A stretch of DNA of 64,000 nt, taken from IMG/VR virus record IMGVR_UViG_3300045125_000119, positions 12,045 through 76,044 of that record; one strand, 5' to 3'. The notes beneath the pieces are model-generated. The model did no database searches. It was not told where the DNA came from and saw only the letters and a program-made list of their open reading frames with translations. How positions within the stretch are numbered: the first letter of the stretch is position 1; each line of letters opens with the position of its first letter. This DNA is from a virus. This document shows positions 45,822 to 56,559 of this stretch, piece after piece. A program made the position numbers and the translations under genes.

Positions 45822-45977
45822 AACGCTTTTGAAAATAGCCAAGAACCCGTTCCATCGGCGATTGAGCCAAAACCGCACCTTTCGCCATCGAGAGTTGCGG
45901 TATTTTTCCATCTTGGTGACACTGTTCTGCGTCTTTCCGAGCAGTTCCAGATAATCGTTTGAGTTGTTTGCCACAAA

Positions 45978-46620
45978 TCACCATTTTACAGGGAACGGGG
46001 TCAGGTTTTTCAAGTAGGAGTCAATAACGGCGGGGTACATGGCCCGTTCCGCTTCCTGTACCCGTGCGGCCAGACTCGTCGGAGTATCGTCCGGGAGAAC
46101 CGGAACTCTGCTTTGAGCCAAAATCGGCCCGTGGTCGTATTCGTTATCAACCACATGAGCGGTACAGCCGGAGTATTCTTCTCCGGCTTCCAGAACCGCC
46201 TTGTGAACATTCAGCCCGTACATCCCTTTGCCGCCATATTGGGGAAGCAAAAGAAGGGTGAATATTCACGACCGCCTCTGCCACATTGGTTTCAAGTGCA
46301 GTTTGGCAGTAAACCCGGCCAGCACAACCAGCTTAGGGGACGAGAAAGAAGCCCAATCGAACAATTTGTCCGAATAGGCTTCGTCGCTCTTGTAGGCGTC
46401 ACGTCGGTCGTCTTTCGGACCCCACATCCTTGGGATTTTGATGTAAATCAATCCGTATTTGCGAGCGACCTCAGAAGCCTTGATGTCTAATTTGTTGCTT
46501 ATAACGGCCTTGATTCGAGCGTTCAATTTACCGGAATCACAAGCCTCGGCCAAATTAGCCAAAGCTGGTTCCGGCACCGGAAACGAATACAACGAGACTA
46601 TTTCCGGTCGTTCGATCCAT
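45978..46620 (-). CDS. purN: phosphoribosylglycinamide formyltransferase (frameshifted)
   Basis: VVFVSG.GT.L, VISNK, LVVLAGF, LLPQYGGKGMYGLNVHKAVL, GCTAHVVDNEYDHGPILAQ. Confidence 0.9.
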
Positions 46621-46629
46621 TTCCAAACT

Positions 46630-47777
46630 CCGTAATGGCGGGCTTTGCCGTAACGGTGCGGAACAAATCGAGACAAGTTTCCGGTGATAATGGTGTCGTC
46701 TTCACGGATGCCGACGCCACCGGCCCATCCATTTACGATCCAACTGCCGATACAGGGGTGCTTCCCACCGAAACTCGGAAGTTCCCAAATCTGCTGGTAA
46801 TATCGAGGGGCCGTCATAAGGATCCGTCGGTTTTCATGTACAACCGACCGTGTTCAAAAATCTGGATATTCGCCCCTTCACGGCTGAACATCGGCTTTCA
46901 CATAGTCGCCACTCTCGAACGGCTCGAAACTGGATCGGAGCAAGTTCGGGTGGCCGGGAACAGTTCCCACAAAACCCGGAAGGATGGCTTTGTTGGAAAG
47001 GATCGCCTTCCACGGCGGCTCCAACCACTTAGTCGTTCGCTTCAGAATTTTCGGCCCGAACTCTTCACGTTGCATCCACTCCCAAGGGTACAACTTGAAG
47101 CAATTTTCGATTTCATTTTCATCGAGGTCGGTAAAACATCGGCGGCTTTCGTTCCAGCCAATGTCTTCGATGTCGATGTAAGCGGTGTCGAAACCCGCCT
47201 GAATCGCCGTGTCACGAAGGTAATTGACGTTCATGTAGCTCTTCGACCATTCCGGCAAGACCGGCGAAGTACATGACACCGGGAGTGCGGCTTTTTCACT
47301 GCGCTCCACGCCTCAATCAACCGCTCGTGAATACAGTTGAACTGCTTGTAACCGGGCGAGAGCGTCTTGCAACCAATACACCACTGACCGACGGCAGCTT
47401 CGATCAAGCCGGTCGGAGTGTCGGCATTATATTCGAGCATTTTCGGTTCGTGAGTCCCGTCATAGACGAGGTCAAAACGACCGTAAACGCTGGAGAGCAT
47501 CATTGTCCCAACTACCCGTAATGTAGCCACGGAACTCGTCGGGAATTTGGAACTCATCGAAACGATTGTTCACAATGACGTGTTCGACGGCTTCGAGACA
47601 CTAATTTGTCAAGTTCGTAAGTTGCGGCTTCGAGAACGTCCACTTCGGCGTCCAGTGAACTCGTAACACGCCGACTCGTCCCAATACGTTTTGCCGTCGG
47701 GAGTGTGGTAGTGTATGCCTTGAGATTCAACAATCCCCGGCCACTCGTGCCGGGGGATTCGATTCCGATTCTTTCAT
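46630..47777 (-). CDS. glutathionylspermidine synthase-like ATP-grasp ligase (YgiC/YjfC family), frameshifted
   Basis: YWDESACYEF, YGRFDL.YDG..PKMLEYNADTPT.LIEA, FKLYPWEW, EPPWKAILSNKA.LP, IGSWIVNG..GG.GIRED..ITGN.SRFVPH. Confidence 0.92.
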
Positions 47778-48110
47778 TAGGCACCTGCCGTAGCCGAGTG
47801 GCCCATAGAGCCGAACCCGCCACGAACGGAACTCACAGAAGCGGAAGACTTGAAGCCACTAATCGTCCCACTTCTGGAAACGAATGAGGAACTACCGCTA
47901 CCGTCACCGGGTACGGGTGGGGGACATAGTGATGATACACGCCCCCACCGCCGCTGTGGAAATACCAGAAAGAGGTGTGGGATCAACAACGGTGACAGCA
48001 TCGGCGGGGACTTCTTCGTGATGATGCCCACACCCGCTCAAGATCATCGAAGACCCAATCAGCACAAGCCCGATTTTTTTGGTCAAACGGTTTGGTCGTA
48101 ATGGGTGCAT
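47777..48110 (-). CDS. putative lipoprotein with Gly/Ser-rich RGGFG tail (YgiB/YjfM, DUF1190-like)
   Basis: KIGLVLIGSSMILSGC lipobox; C-terminus SSVRGGFGSMGHSATAGA. Confidence 0.7.
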
Positions 48111-48141
48111 CTTTTCAAGGCCCGCCGGGGCCGCTCCCTTG

Positions 48142-48384
48142 TTAATGAATGACGTGTGCGACGATGTAGGCCAGAGCCAAGAACAGACTGCCCCACGGTC
48201 ACAGCCACCGCCACGTTGCCCTTCTGGAGTTGGTCTTCAACTTCCAGCTTGGGGTGATCCACTCGAACATCTTGAAACCGAGCATCAACATCACCAGACC
48301 GATCAGGCCGAAGGCGAAACTGCCGACCAGACCGACGAAAAACGTCTCAGGCAGAGCGAAACTTGCGAGAAGCGGCGTCATCAT
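48142..48384 (-). CDS. DUF350 family small membrane protein (YjfL-like)
   Basis: Two TM segments around FKMFEWITP.L...QLQKGNVAVA (after frame correction). Confidence 0.8.
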
Positions 48385-48456
48385 TTTTCTCCGGGTAAAG
48401 GAGGGTTTGAGATTCAGAACAGGAAGATTCTACCTCAAGAAAAACGGTTTGTAAAC

Positions 48457-49122
48457 TCATTTCACCATTACGAAATCATTCGTCTTATCGTCGTATTTTC
48501 CGATGAGACGAACTTCGGTAACGGCCTCTTTATCCCAAATGACACCAGAAGCACAGTCCCACCCGTAGTACCAAATCGACTCCAGTCGTTTAGACCACAA
48601 ATACGGCACGATTTCAACCCCGCCGTACTTCTCGGCCACACGCCCGTAATCAATATAACTCGTGAAGTACCGGCCGGAGCGAAAATACGGCGACGGGGCG
48701 TCGATTGACCGATATTTTCTGCCGTTGTGTTCTTTGTCGTACATGGCCTCCAAATATTCCGGTACACCGTGATACTCGTCCTCGAACGCCTCAAACTCTT
48801 GTTCGTTACTGATCCGCAAGATTTTGGACTCATCGACCAAAATCTCGTAAACGTAGGGCTGGAACCAATCGTGCATGGACTCGCCACGACACCATTCCAG
48901 CCAAGAATCATTAAAACCGTACCAGAAAGAGCAGTGATCGGTGCCGCCTCGTTCTCGCACTCTCATGCCCGGTTTCATTTCTATGCCCGGCTTCGGCATA
49001 TCCAAAAGTGTCAGGTCGGGAACGTTGGTGATGTGAATGCGGCGCAACGACTTCCAACGTCGCATTTTGGCAATCAGCTTGCGACTGGCGACGACCAATT
49101 CCATCTCATGAAGTGGAGGCAT
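48457..49122 (-). CDS. hypothetical phage protein
   Basis: Long ORF ending WYYGWDCASGVIWD. Confidence 0.6.
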   Translation of the reverse strand: MPPLHEMELVVASRKLIAKMRRWKSLRRIHITNVPDLTLLDMPKPGIEMKPGMRVRERGGTDHCSFWYGFNDSWLEWCRGESMHDWFQPYVYEILVDESKILRISNEQEFEAFEDEYHGVPEYLEAMYDKEHNGRKYRSIDAPSPYFRSGRYFTSYIDYGRVAEKYGGVEIVPYLWSKRLESIWYYGWDCASGVIWDKEAVTEVRLIGKYDDKTNDFVMVK

Positions 49123-49279
49123 GAATAATTCCAAAAGAAAAAACCCCGCCGGAGCCTTATGGCTGACCAGACGGGGCAAGAGATACTCAGGACATTATCG
49201 TCCCTCAATCGGCCCGAAGATGCTATCTTCGGGGGAGTTCTGTCCAAGGAAGGGCATTCTGACCATGTGGAGCAAAAGA

Positions 49280-49664
49280 TTACTTTGCGGTGCCCACGCC
49301 CATCAGGTAAAGGATGGCAGTCGAGGGATTGTTATCCTCTTCGGCCAACATTTCTGCTGCTTCTGTGACGGCGATTAGGTCAATGTCAGTAACCCGAAGC
49401 CCGTCAACGATTCCCGTCACAATCGCCGGTGAAACCGGAAAAGTGTTGAAATCAAATTTCGACAAGAGGCCCGTCAACTCCAGAACCGTCAGCGGTTTGC
49501 TCTTGCCGGTACGGTCAACGTCGATGAACGGGTGCCCGTCGTGCGTAGTTTTTACGAGAACAACGGGCATAGCATCCAGATCGCCGCCCACGTCGGTGTA
49601 AACTTTCACCGACGAATTGTCGTTGAACGAACTCAGCCGGGCCACAAGCTGAGTCGTGTTCATC
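49280..49664 (-). CDS. hypothetical protein
   Basis: ORF probably starting MNTTQLVARL. Confidence 0.45.
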
Positions 49665-49927
49665 CGGATTTTCGGCTTGCATGTTAGAAAAGTTCCTGTT
49701 GGGCATCGCCCCATTCGGTGATGCGGTCATCAGTATGGGTGTCCGCATCTTTTTCGCCACGCAGAACCCAACTTTTCTCTTTGCCGCTCATGGGAATGGC
49801 TCCATATTCGGCGTCCAACTTGTAACCAGCAGTTTTCGCAATCTCAATCGCATCGACAGCGGTTTCGGCTTTAACTTCCAGCATCATCGCAGCGACCCTC
49901 AAGCAAGCAAACTCAACTTCGCACCAG

Positions 49928-50016
49928 CGGCAAGGCAAGGAATCGAACCCCCGGCACCCTTGCGGGTGCGCTCGCTTTCCAGGCAGGTCCGGCTGACCAT
50001 CGTCCGGCCACCTTCC
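49928..50016 (-). tRNA. tRNA-Ser(GGA), imperfect
   Basis: GGAAGGT acceptor, CT-GGA-AA loop, long variable arm GCACCC-GCAA-GGGTGC, TTCGATT T-loop, G73; stem mismatches may be read errors. Confidence 0.7.
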
Positions 50017-50047
50017 ATCGAAACTATCTAGCACGAATGATTTCAAA

Positions 50048-51172
50048 TCAAAAAATGTAGCGAATTTTACAAAATGGAATTGTTTTTTCCATAATACCTT
50101 TAAGAGTGTTGATTGCCTCGCTTTTAATGTTATTTTTATAGCGTAAATTTACCATGCCATTTTGACTCAGTTTCCTTTGTTGAATAACAGGTAAACCAAA
50201 GCGATTTTTGGTCTTATCTTCTTCGCTGTCCCAATGTCGCCAAAGATATTGTTCCTCGCCCTTGGGATGCCATTCCATATTTAGTTCGTGTAGATTTTCA
50301 TTGTGAGTCAAGAAAATAACTTCTGCTTTAAGCTGTTCTTTTGCTTTGCAGTCCAAAATATCGTCCAGTTGACGGAATAATTCCACATAATCTTCTTGCC
50401 ATCCGTCATAGATGATGACAGGACTCAGGTTGATATGCACTTCATATCCTGCTCGGACGAAATCATTGATAGCATTGATCCGCTCATCAATAGGAGAGGT
50501 TCGCACGTCCACAACCTTAGACGGCTTATGAGGCATTAGGCTAAACCGCACCCTTGTTTTTGCCTTTGGGATCGTAGTTAAGCAAATTACGGTTAACGAA
50601 TTTAGTGGCAAAACTACCTTTAGCGTTAGGGATACGGGCAAACATATTGATTAGATCACGAACGTTATTGCTAATCAAATCATCTACACTACAATCGTTA
50701 TTTTCGCCAATATCCCATGTCCAAAAACGGATCACACTGAGCATTTTCGTCGTTGATGACTTTAGGGCCCAAGTCGCTCGCACTTACGCTCTATGTGCTT
50801 CATGATCTTGTCAATATTGGCAAACACGAGTGATAGGATTGGCGTACCCTTTGCGGCGAGCTACATAACAGTAAGAACAAGCCATCGCACACCCTGATGC
50901 GTGTGAGGGGGCAATCCAGTCAGTTGAACGACAATTGGGTCGTGAGGCAATACTTGCTTTGATGCCAAGAACGAGAAATGTGCCTTGACTTGATTCCAAT
51001 CACGGACCAAATCCGGGTTCTGATTCAGTTCTTCAATTTTCCAATGACTGTTGACTTCGATAAGCTCTGTATGTGGACTGTACTTATCAAAGATTTCACG
51101 CCCACGCTCAAATTCCAAAGCCTTGGGGTCAAAGTAAAGACGACTAATGTCTAGAAGCGTTTGAGAATTCAT
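50048..51172 (-). CDS. spore photoproduct lyase family radical SAM protein (frameshifted)
   Basis: GCAMACSYCYVARRKG CxxxCxxC, WDIGENNDCSVD, SFATKFVN, RVRFSLMP, GYEVHINLSPVI. Confidence 0.9.
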
Positions 51173-51266
51173 TGGATGAGTGTTGTTTTGCTGTTTTGCT
51201 GTTTTGCCGACGAAAACCAGACGGAGATGTCTCCGTCTGGTGCAGCATCTTTTTCGTGGTTATCAA

Positions 51267-51340
51267 TAGCCAAGGTGGGACTCGAACCCACAACCTATTG
51301 ATTTTGAGTCAATCGCCTCTACCGATTGGGCTACTTGGCC
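51267..51340 (-). tRNA. tRNA with Leu(CAA) anticodon and short variable loop
   Basis: GGCCAAG/CTTGGCT acceptor, ATTGA-CTCAAAA-TCAAT, 5-nt variable loop AGGTT, GTGGG-TTCGAGT-CCCAC, A73. Confidence 0.85.
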
Positions 51341-51369
51341 TTACTTCACTTCAAATCAAATTCGCCTCG

Positions 51370-51590
51370 TTAAAATGTACGTCCCCGCGCCACTAGACAG
51401 GCCAAGAATGAGACGAGCGTTCTTTCTCTGTCCGTGAATTCTTCGTCCTTTGGCTTTTCAGCCAAACTTTCAATCATCGGCAACAGTTCTCGTGCCCGTG
51501 CCCATCCTTGATCCTTAACAGCTTGGGCACGAGCGGTTTCCTCTTCAAGTTCCTTTTGAACTTGTTCTAGTTTGTCTTTCGGGTTCATGA
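51370..51590 (-). CDS. hypothetical coiled-coil protein
   Basis: [17 protein letters not shown]... Confidence 0.45.
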
Positions 51591-52803
51591 CATTTCCAGT
51601 TGGAGTTTTTGAAAACTTCGGTGGTTCCATTCGGATTGTCCCTAATTTCGTATCCTTGGTTCAATACGGCCACACGAACAGCATCGGCGGCGAGCCAGTC
51701 TTTTGCGGCCCTCAACTTATTTCTGATTGCGACCATCTGATTTATTGCATCAGGAATCAAATCAGATTGCAATCGGAAACCCAAAATATCTGCCATTTCA
51801 AAGACGGATTCTTTCGCAACTCCGGCCAGCCGCTTTAACGGAGTGTTAAGATCGTTGTTCAAAGTCAGCGAAAGCGTCAGTTACACCCTTTTCGGGGCGT
51901 GTCGCAGTTTTTCCTGAAGCCCAGCCCACTGTAACGCTATAGAACCGTCGTCAAGGGCTTCTTTCGACAAAGGTTTTCGATAGTTGGCCTGAAGAACCCA
52001 AAAACGAATCAAGTTCGGATCGACACCGGACTGTCGATACCATTTAATCTGGAAGGCATTGCCTTCAGATTTTCCCATTTTTGGTCGCCGACCTGAACCA
52101 TACCGTTGTGAAGCCAATGATCGGCTAATGCCCGGCCTTCGTGCAAGCATTCACTTTGGGCAATTTCGTTTTCGTGGTGGGGGAACATTAGATCGTTCCG
52201 CCAGCGTGAATGCTCAATCGGGTCCAGACCGAGTGCGTTCGATCATGACCGAGCATTCAAGGTGCCAGCCCGGACGCCCCTGTGGGAAATCGGGTTCCTC
52301 GGCCTTCGGACCTTTCCACAGAACGAAATCCTCGCCCGGCGGTCGGCCCGACAACTTGCCGTAGGTCGGGTGAGACTCGCACCGGAACCGAATGTCCCCG
52401 TCACGCTCGTAGGCGTAGCCGTGTTCGACAAACCAACGAGCGGCGACACGCATGGCATCCATGAGCGGGGTTACACGAGGGTACTCGTCGGCCCGCCGCA
52501 CGTTCAACCAGTCCATGTCTTCGTGATAAGCGGCGATGTACCGTTCGGCGATTTCGGCCGCAGAAACACCTTCCGCCCTCGCACGATTGATGATCTTGTC
52601 GTCTACGTCAGTGAAATTTCGAATGTGTGCGAACTTCCACTTCCTGTCACTTCCACCGCTTGAGAACGTCCCACTCTATGGTAACTGCGGGCGTGACCGA
52701 GATGGCAATAGTCGTAAACGGTCACGCCGCAAGCGTAAAACGTGATCGGCCTTCCTTCTGGGAGGTTTTTGATGGTCCGGCTCAGGGAGTCGTACATTTT
52801 CAT
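51545..52803 (-). CDS. cysS: cysteinyl-tRNA synthetase, compact (~400 aa), frameshifted
   Basis: [53 protein letters not shown]; ORF 51545-51862 supplies NNDLNTP and [23 protein letters not shown]...GT anticodon domain. Confidence 0.93.
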
Positions 52804-52847
52804 ACGCCGATCCTACCCCGAATTCGACCGGTTGTAAAGTCTCCGAG

Positions 52848-52927
52848 TAGCCCCGGCGGGACTCGCACCCGCACGCCCGAAGGCGGCACATTTTAAGTGT
52901 GCTGTGTCTGCTTTCCACCACGGGGCC
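52848..52927 (-). tRNA. tRNA-Leu(TAA)
   Basis: GGCCCCG/CGGGGCT, GCACA-CTTAAAA-TGTGC, variable arm CGCC-TTCG-GGCG, T-loop TGCGAGT (non-canonical), short D-loop. Confidence 0.88.
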
Positions 52928-52929
52928 AA

Positions 52930-53722
52930 AATTCTTCGTCAAAAAATGATCCAAAAACCGATCCAAACAATGAGCGTGGGACTGAAAAAGGAACCCATTT
53001 TTCTGGCGGAACAGCGGCTCCAGATACATGAACCATGCGACCGGCAATCGACCAACATGGTAGCAAAAGTAAGTGTCCGGCAAAACGCAAAATGTCGGCT
53101 TGCCAGTTGACCAGCCGATCATCGCCACAGAACTGTGAGAGCCGATCACACACGAAGAATGGGCCACAAGTTCGACCAACTGACTGACCGTTGTTTTGTC
53201 TATGAGGTTCACGACCCCCGGTATGTCGGCGAATTCTTTCTTTGGGCGAAGATATTCGTGATCGGCGAGATATTCACAAGATTTACCGACGAGGATCGGG
53301 ACCAAGCCCCATGCTTGAACCGTCAAGCAAACTTGTCGCAGATTTACAATCCTCGCCAAATCCTTTCTGTCGTCGCTTGAGTAAGGGTGTATTATCGCAT
53401 ATCTTTCGTACTTAACACTCAGTCTTTCTTCTGGAAAATCCAACCTGAGTGGTGTGAACGCTTCTTCTCCGGCAAGCGGCGTGAAAGCGATTGCGTATTG
53501 ACCGGTGGCAACGCCAGCAACTTGTGGACAATTCGCAAGTAACTCTCTAATGTTCGGAAGGTGACAGTCTTCCATTACGAATATGCGGTGCCCGCCCCGA
53601 TGAGCAAATTCGCCCCTCAAAATGTTGTAAAGGCAGTCTCCAAAGCCGCCGCCGAGAAAAACCGTCCTGTATTCTGGGCACGTCCCGATTGGACGGCTGT
53701 TGGGAAAAAACTTCAACATCAA
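52930..53722 (-). CDS. glycosyltransferase family 9-like (heptosyltransferase fold)
   Basis: GGFGDCL, YAIIHPYSS, VNLIDKTTVSQLVELVAHSSCVIGSHSS; ORF-track extension through the tRNA is spurious. Confidence 0.7.
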
Positions 53723-54102
53723 TGCAAAAGAGTAATTTCAAAAAAGAAGCGAATGCACCTTACTGAAAAGTGCATTCGCTCGCACGAATACGGCCGTATT
53801 CTGTGTTGGGTTCCAGACTTCCTCGGCCAGTGTGCTATTACGCCAAAGGGAAACGTACCGGATCAGTCGGCCGTGACGTATCTTCCCACTCTTTAGATGG
53901 ACCCGATTTTTGACAGTGTAAGGTTCCTCGGTAGCGACCCGATTTGCAATACACCATTTTTATGCGGGCACGGTGGCTGCCTCTGAGCCAACATCCTGGC
54001 TGTCTTAGTTCGCCTAGCGGAAGCGAGTCGTTGTCAACCCCCTCCGTAAATAACCCAATTCCCACAACACGGCGGCTTGTGCCATCGTTTTGTTGCGGGC
54101 AG

Positions 54103-54186
54103 TGTCCGAGACAGGATTTGAACCTGCACAGGGTTGCCCCCGCCAGCCCCTCAAGCTGGTGCGTCTGCCAGTTTCGCCACTCGGAC
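54103..54186 (-). tRNA. tRNA-Leu(GAG)
   Basis: GTCCGAG/CTCGGAC, CCAGC-TTGAGGG-GCTGG, long variable arm, GCAGG-TTCAAAT-CCTGT. Confidence 0.95.
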
Positions 54187-54394
54187 TTAGTTCCGTTCCA
54201 GCCATTCCCTAAAAGACAATCGTTGTATTGTGTTAACCGGGCGGTCGGGATTTAAGATCAACTTGTCGATTTCTTTTTTTGACCCTCTTTACTGTTGAGT
54301 CCGGCCCAAGCCGCTTCACGGGTATTGCGTGAATATTTCTTGAACACTCCGGCAACGGCCTTCGCTATATCGACGGCGGCTTTCTTTGCATTAT

Positions 54395-54848
54395 TCATAC
54401 TCCACCTACTTTGGGGGGCTTGACCACCTTCGGTTTGGGCAGAGTTGGCGTTTCGGGAGTCCCCGATCCGGCTTGACCTCGCTCTTTGGCCTGAATATAG
54501 AAAACGAAAGAAGTCTTGTTGTCTGTGGAAGATTTCGAGGGCGAGTCGGTTTCTCGGTAAACCAAAGCCAATTTCGTGGTCGGACTCTCGAAGTTCAAAA
54601 ACTCTTTGAGTCTGGGCAACACACTCGCAATAAATTCCCGACTGCCCGTGATTCGCACGCCGTCTTCGGCGTATGTCGTTCCCTGGTGGTCATAGCGCCC
54701 GGCGTCATCTGGATCGGCACGTCGGGACGAAGTCCCTGCCAGAACCGGATAATTTCGTCCTTTGTGGCCTTCCATTTTTGGTTTGGCTGCCGGGGCCATC
54801 GGCTGTTGGGCCGGTTGTTCCGCCATCCACTCCAGTAAACGTCTGCAT
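54395..54848 (-). CDS. putative internal head protein
   Basis: One-base correction gives MQTFLEWMAEQPAQQP..., continuous with ORF 54395-54826. Confidence 0.6.
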
Positions 54849-54853
54849 GAGGT

Positions 54854-54859
54854 TATTTA
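54854..54859 (-). promoter_or_regulatory. late promoter core, leaderless geometry
   Basis: CTAAATA-ACCTC-ATG (5-nt spacer). Confidence 0.6.
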
Positions 54860-55290
54860 GCGATGTCGATCAAAATATCACGGCATAACCCTCTTTGATG
54901 ATATCGACAACAATATCACAAAGCATTTCCTGAAATTCCGGCTTACACGCAGCCGCCGTCACAGTCATTACGGCGTCTTCTGGCAGCTCTGGAACGCCTA
55001 CGGCGAGGATGCGTAGGAACATTTTGACAACGTACCCTTTAGCCTTCTCACGGTCGCCGACGGTCAAATCGGCCGCAAAGCGGCCAAGTGAAGTTGGCCG
55101 TCCGAGCGGGTCAACGTTCCGGCGACGTATTTGTAAAGAAAGTTACAGGTCAATCGACTCAAGCGTTTGTTCCTGTTCCACTGAAAATGTCCTCGACGGC
55201 TCTCGCCGTGCCAAGATAAAGGGTTCCGCCGTCCTCAAGAAACGAGAACCAATTTGGCAATTTACTCAATTCGGTCAAAAACTGCTATGC

Positions 55291-55605
55291 TCAACCACGG
55301 AACCCATTCCGGCAAGGGTGCAAATCCATCAGGGTCACGCCGTTAAGCGGGTTCCAACAGGTGATGGCCCGGCCCATAATCGGAACGTAGTCGTAATCTT
55401 CACCTTTTAGTTTCTTCTTTTTGTTCATCCACGCTTCCCAACTGTGCCGTGAGTTAAACGGCTCGAAACTGGTCGGCGTTTTGGCGAGGTAGCCGTCTCC
55501 ATCACACGGGATCGCTTCGACCAGTTTCCACAGCCGTTTGTACGGTTCGCTTGCGTCTTTAGGCGGAATGTACTCCCAGAAGCACCTGACGGAAGACGGT
55601 TTCAT
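55291..55605 (-). CDS. hypothetical protein (probably continues to ~54870 across frameshifts)
   Basis: 104-aa ORF with GAAGG/GGA RBS. Confidence 0.45.
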   Translation of the reverse strand: MKPSSVRCFWEYIPPKDASEPYKRLWKLVEAIPCDGDGYLAKTPTSFEPFNSRHSWEAWMNKKKKLKGEDYDYVPIMGRAITCWNPLNGVTLMDLHPCRNGFRG

Positions 55606-56559
55606 TTTCTGTCCTTCTTACCGTACTTCGATTGGATGTACGGATCGTCGGAGGAAATCACGCAGCATTTGTTCGTTCGCTTTTTCGTTCCACCTGTGCA
55701 TCCAGAAACAAGAGCGGAACCATAATTGCCATAACGACCGAGAACCAGAAAAGAGGCATCAGAGTGTTTCGTTCGTAACATGCGATCCCGACGAGAATGA
55801 GCAAGCATTCCCATCGGGTGAATCGTAACACGTCCGAATCTATTGTCGTTTCTCGAACGGGTGTTTTCTCGGACCTTTTGCAATTTCTTCGGAGGGATCG
55901 TGTGCAATTCCTTCAGTTTTGCAGGAGGATGCAGTTACCGTGGATCGTTGCGGCACTCGGCAGCGGTCTGAATCTCAAGAGTGCTACCGGTGTCGCAATA
56001 GTCCACAACGAACTTGACATCATCCTTCATTTCCATGTTTTGTCGAACTATCATCTGTAGCTTCCGGTGGGTTGAGATATTGTACCACAAGGCCGACGTG
56101 CGGCGGTGTTTCCATTTGGTGCCACGGTTTCCCACGGTAATCGAGGAACAGGTCTACGAACCCGTGTACCAGTTCCTTTTCCAGGGGAACCCGTAGTTGT
56201 CAACGACGGTTCAATTGAGCACACGGCCATATCGGGAACTTCCATCTCCCAATAGCTCAACTGAAGGGCGTGCAGCCCAAGACGAATAAACTTGTTGTAG
56301 TCGGCACAAGCGGCCAGCGACTTGGACCCACGAATCCTCGCGAGTCCCTGTTCCGTCGTGGGTTCAACGTAGACGCCCCTTTTCAGGTGTTTCCTGCGCG
56401 CTTCTAGCGGCGGCGACCGAATCAAACGGCGGCTTGGCTCCCGGCGTAGGCTATCATGCCCTTCGCCAGATTCTCCAGTTCGTCGTAGGTCAGTTCCTTG
56501 TACGAGGGAAGACCCATTGCGTCTTTCAGGTTGTGGCCGAACATTGCTCGCCCTTTCTT

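Noticed and set aside
51881-52803. CysRS seemingly truncated to its catalytic domain
   Set aside because: The next ORF (51545-51862) encodes the NNDLNTP and R..KDW..AD..R anticodon-binding region, so the apparent stop at 51881 is a frameshift artefact and the enzyme is essentially complete.
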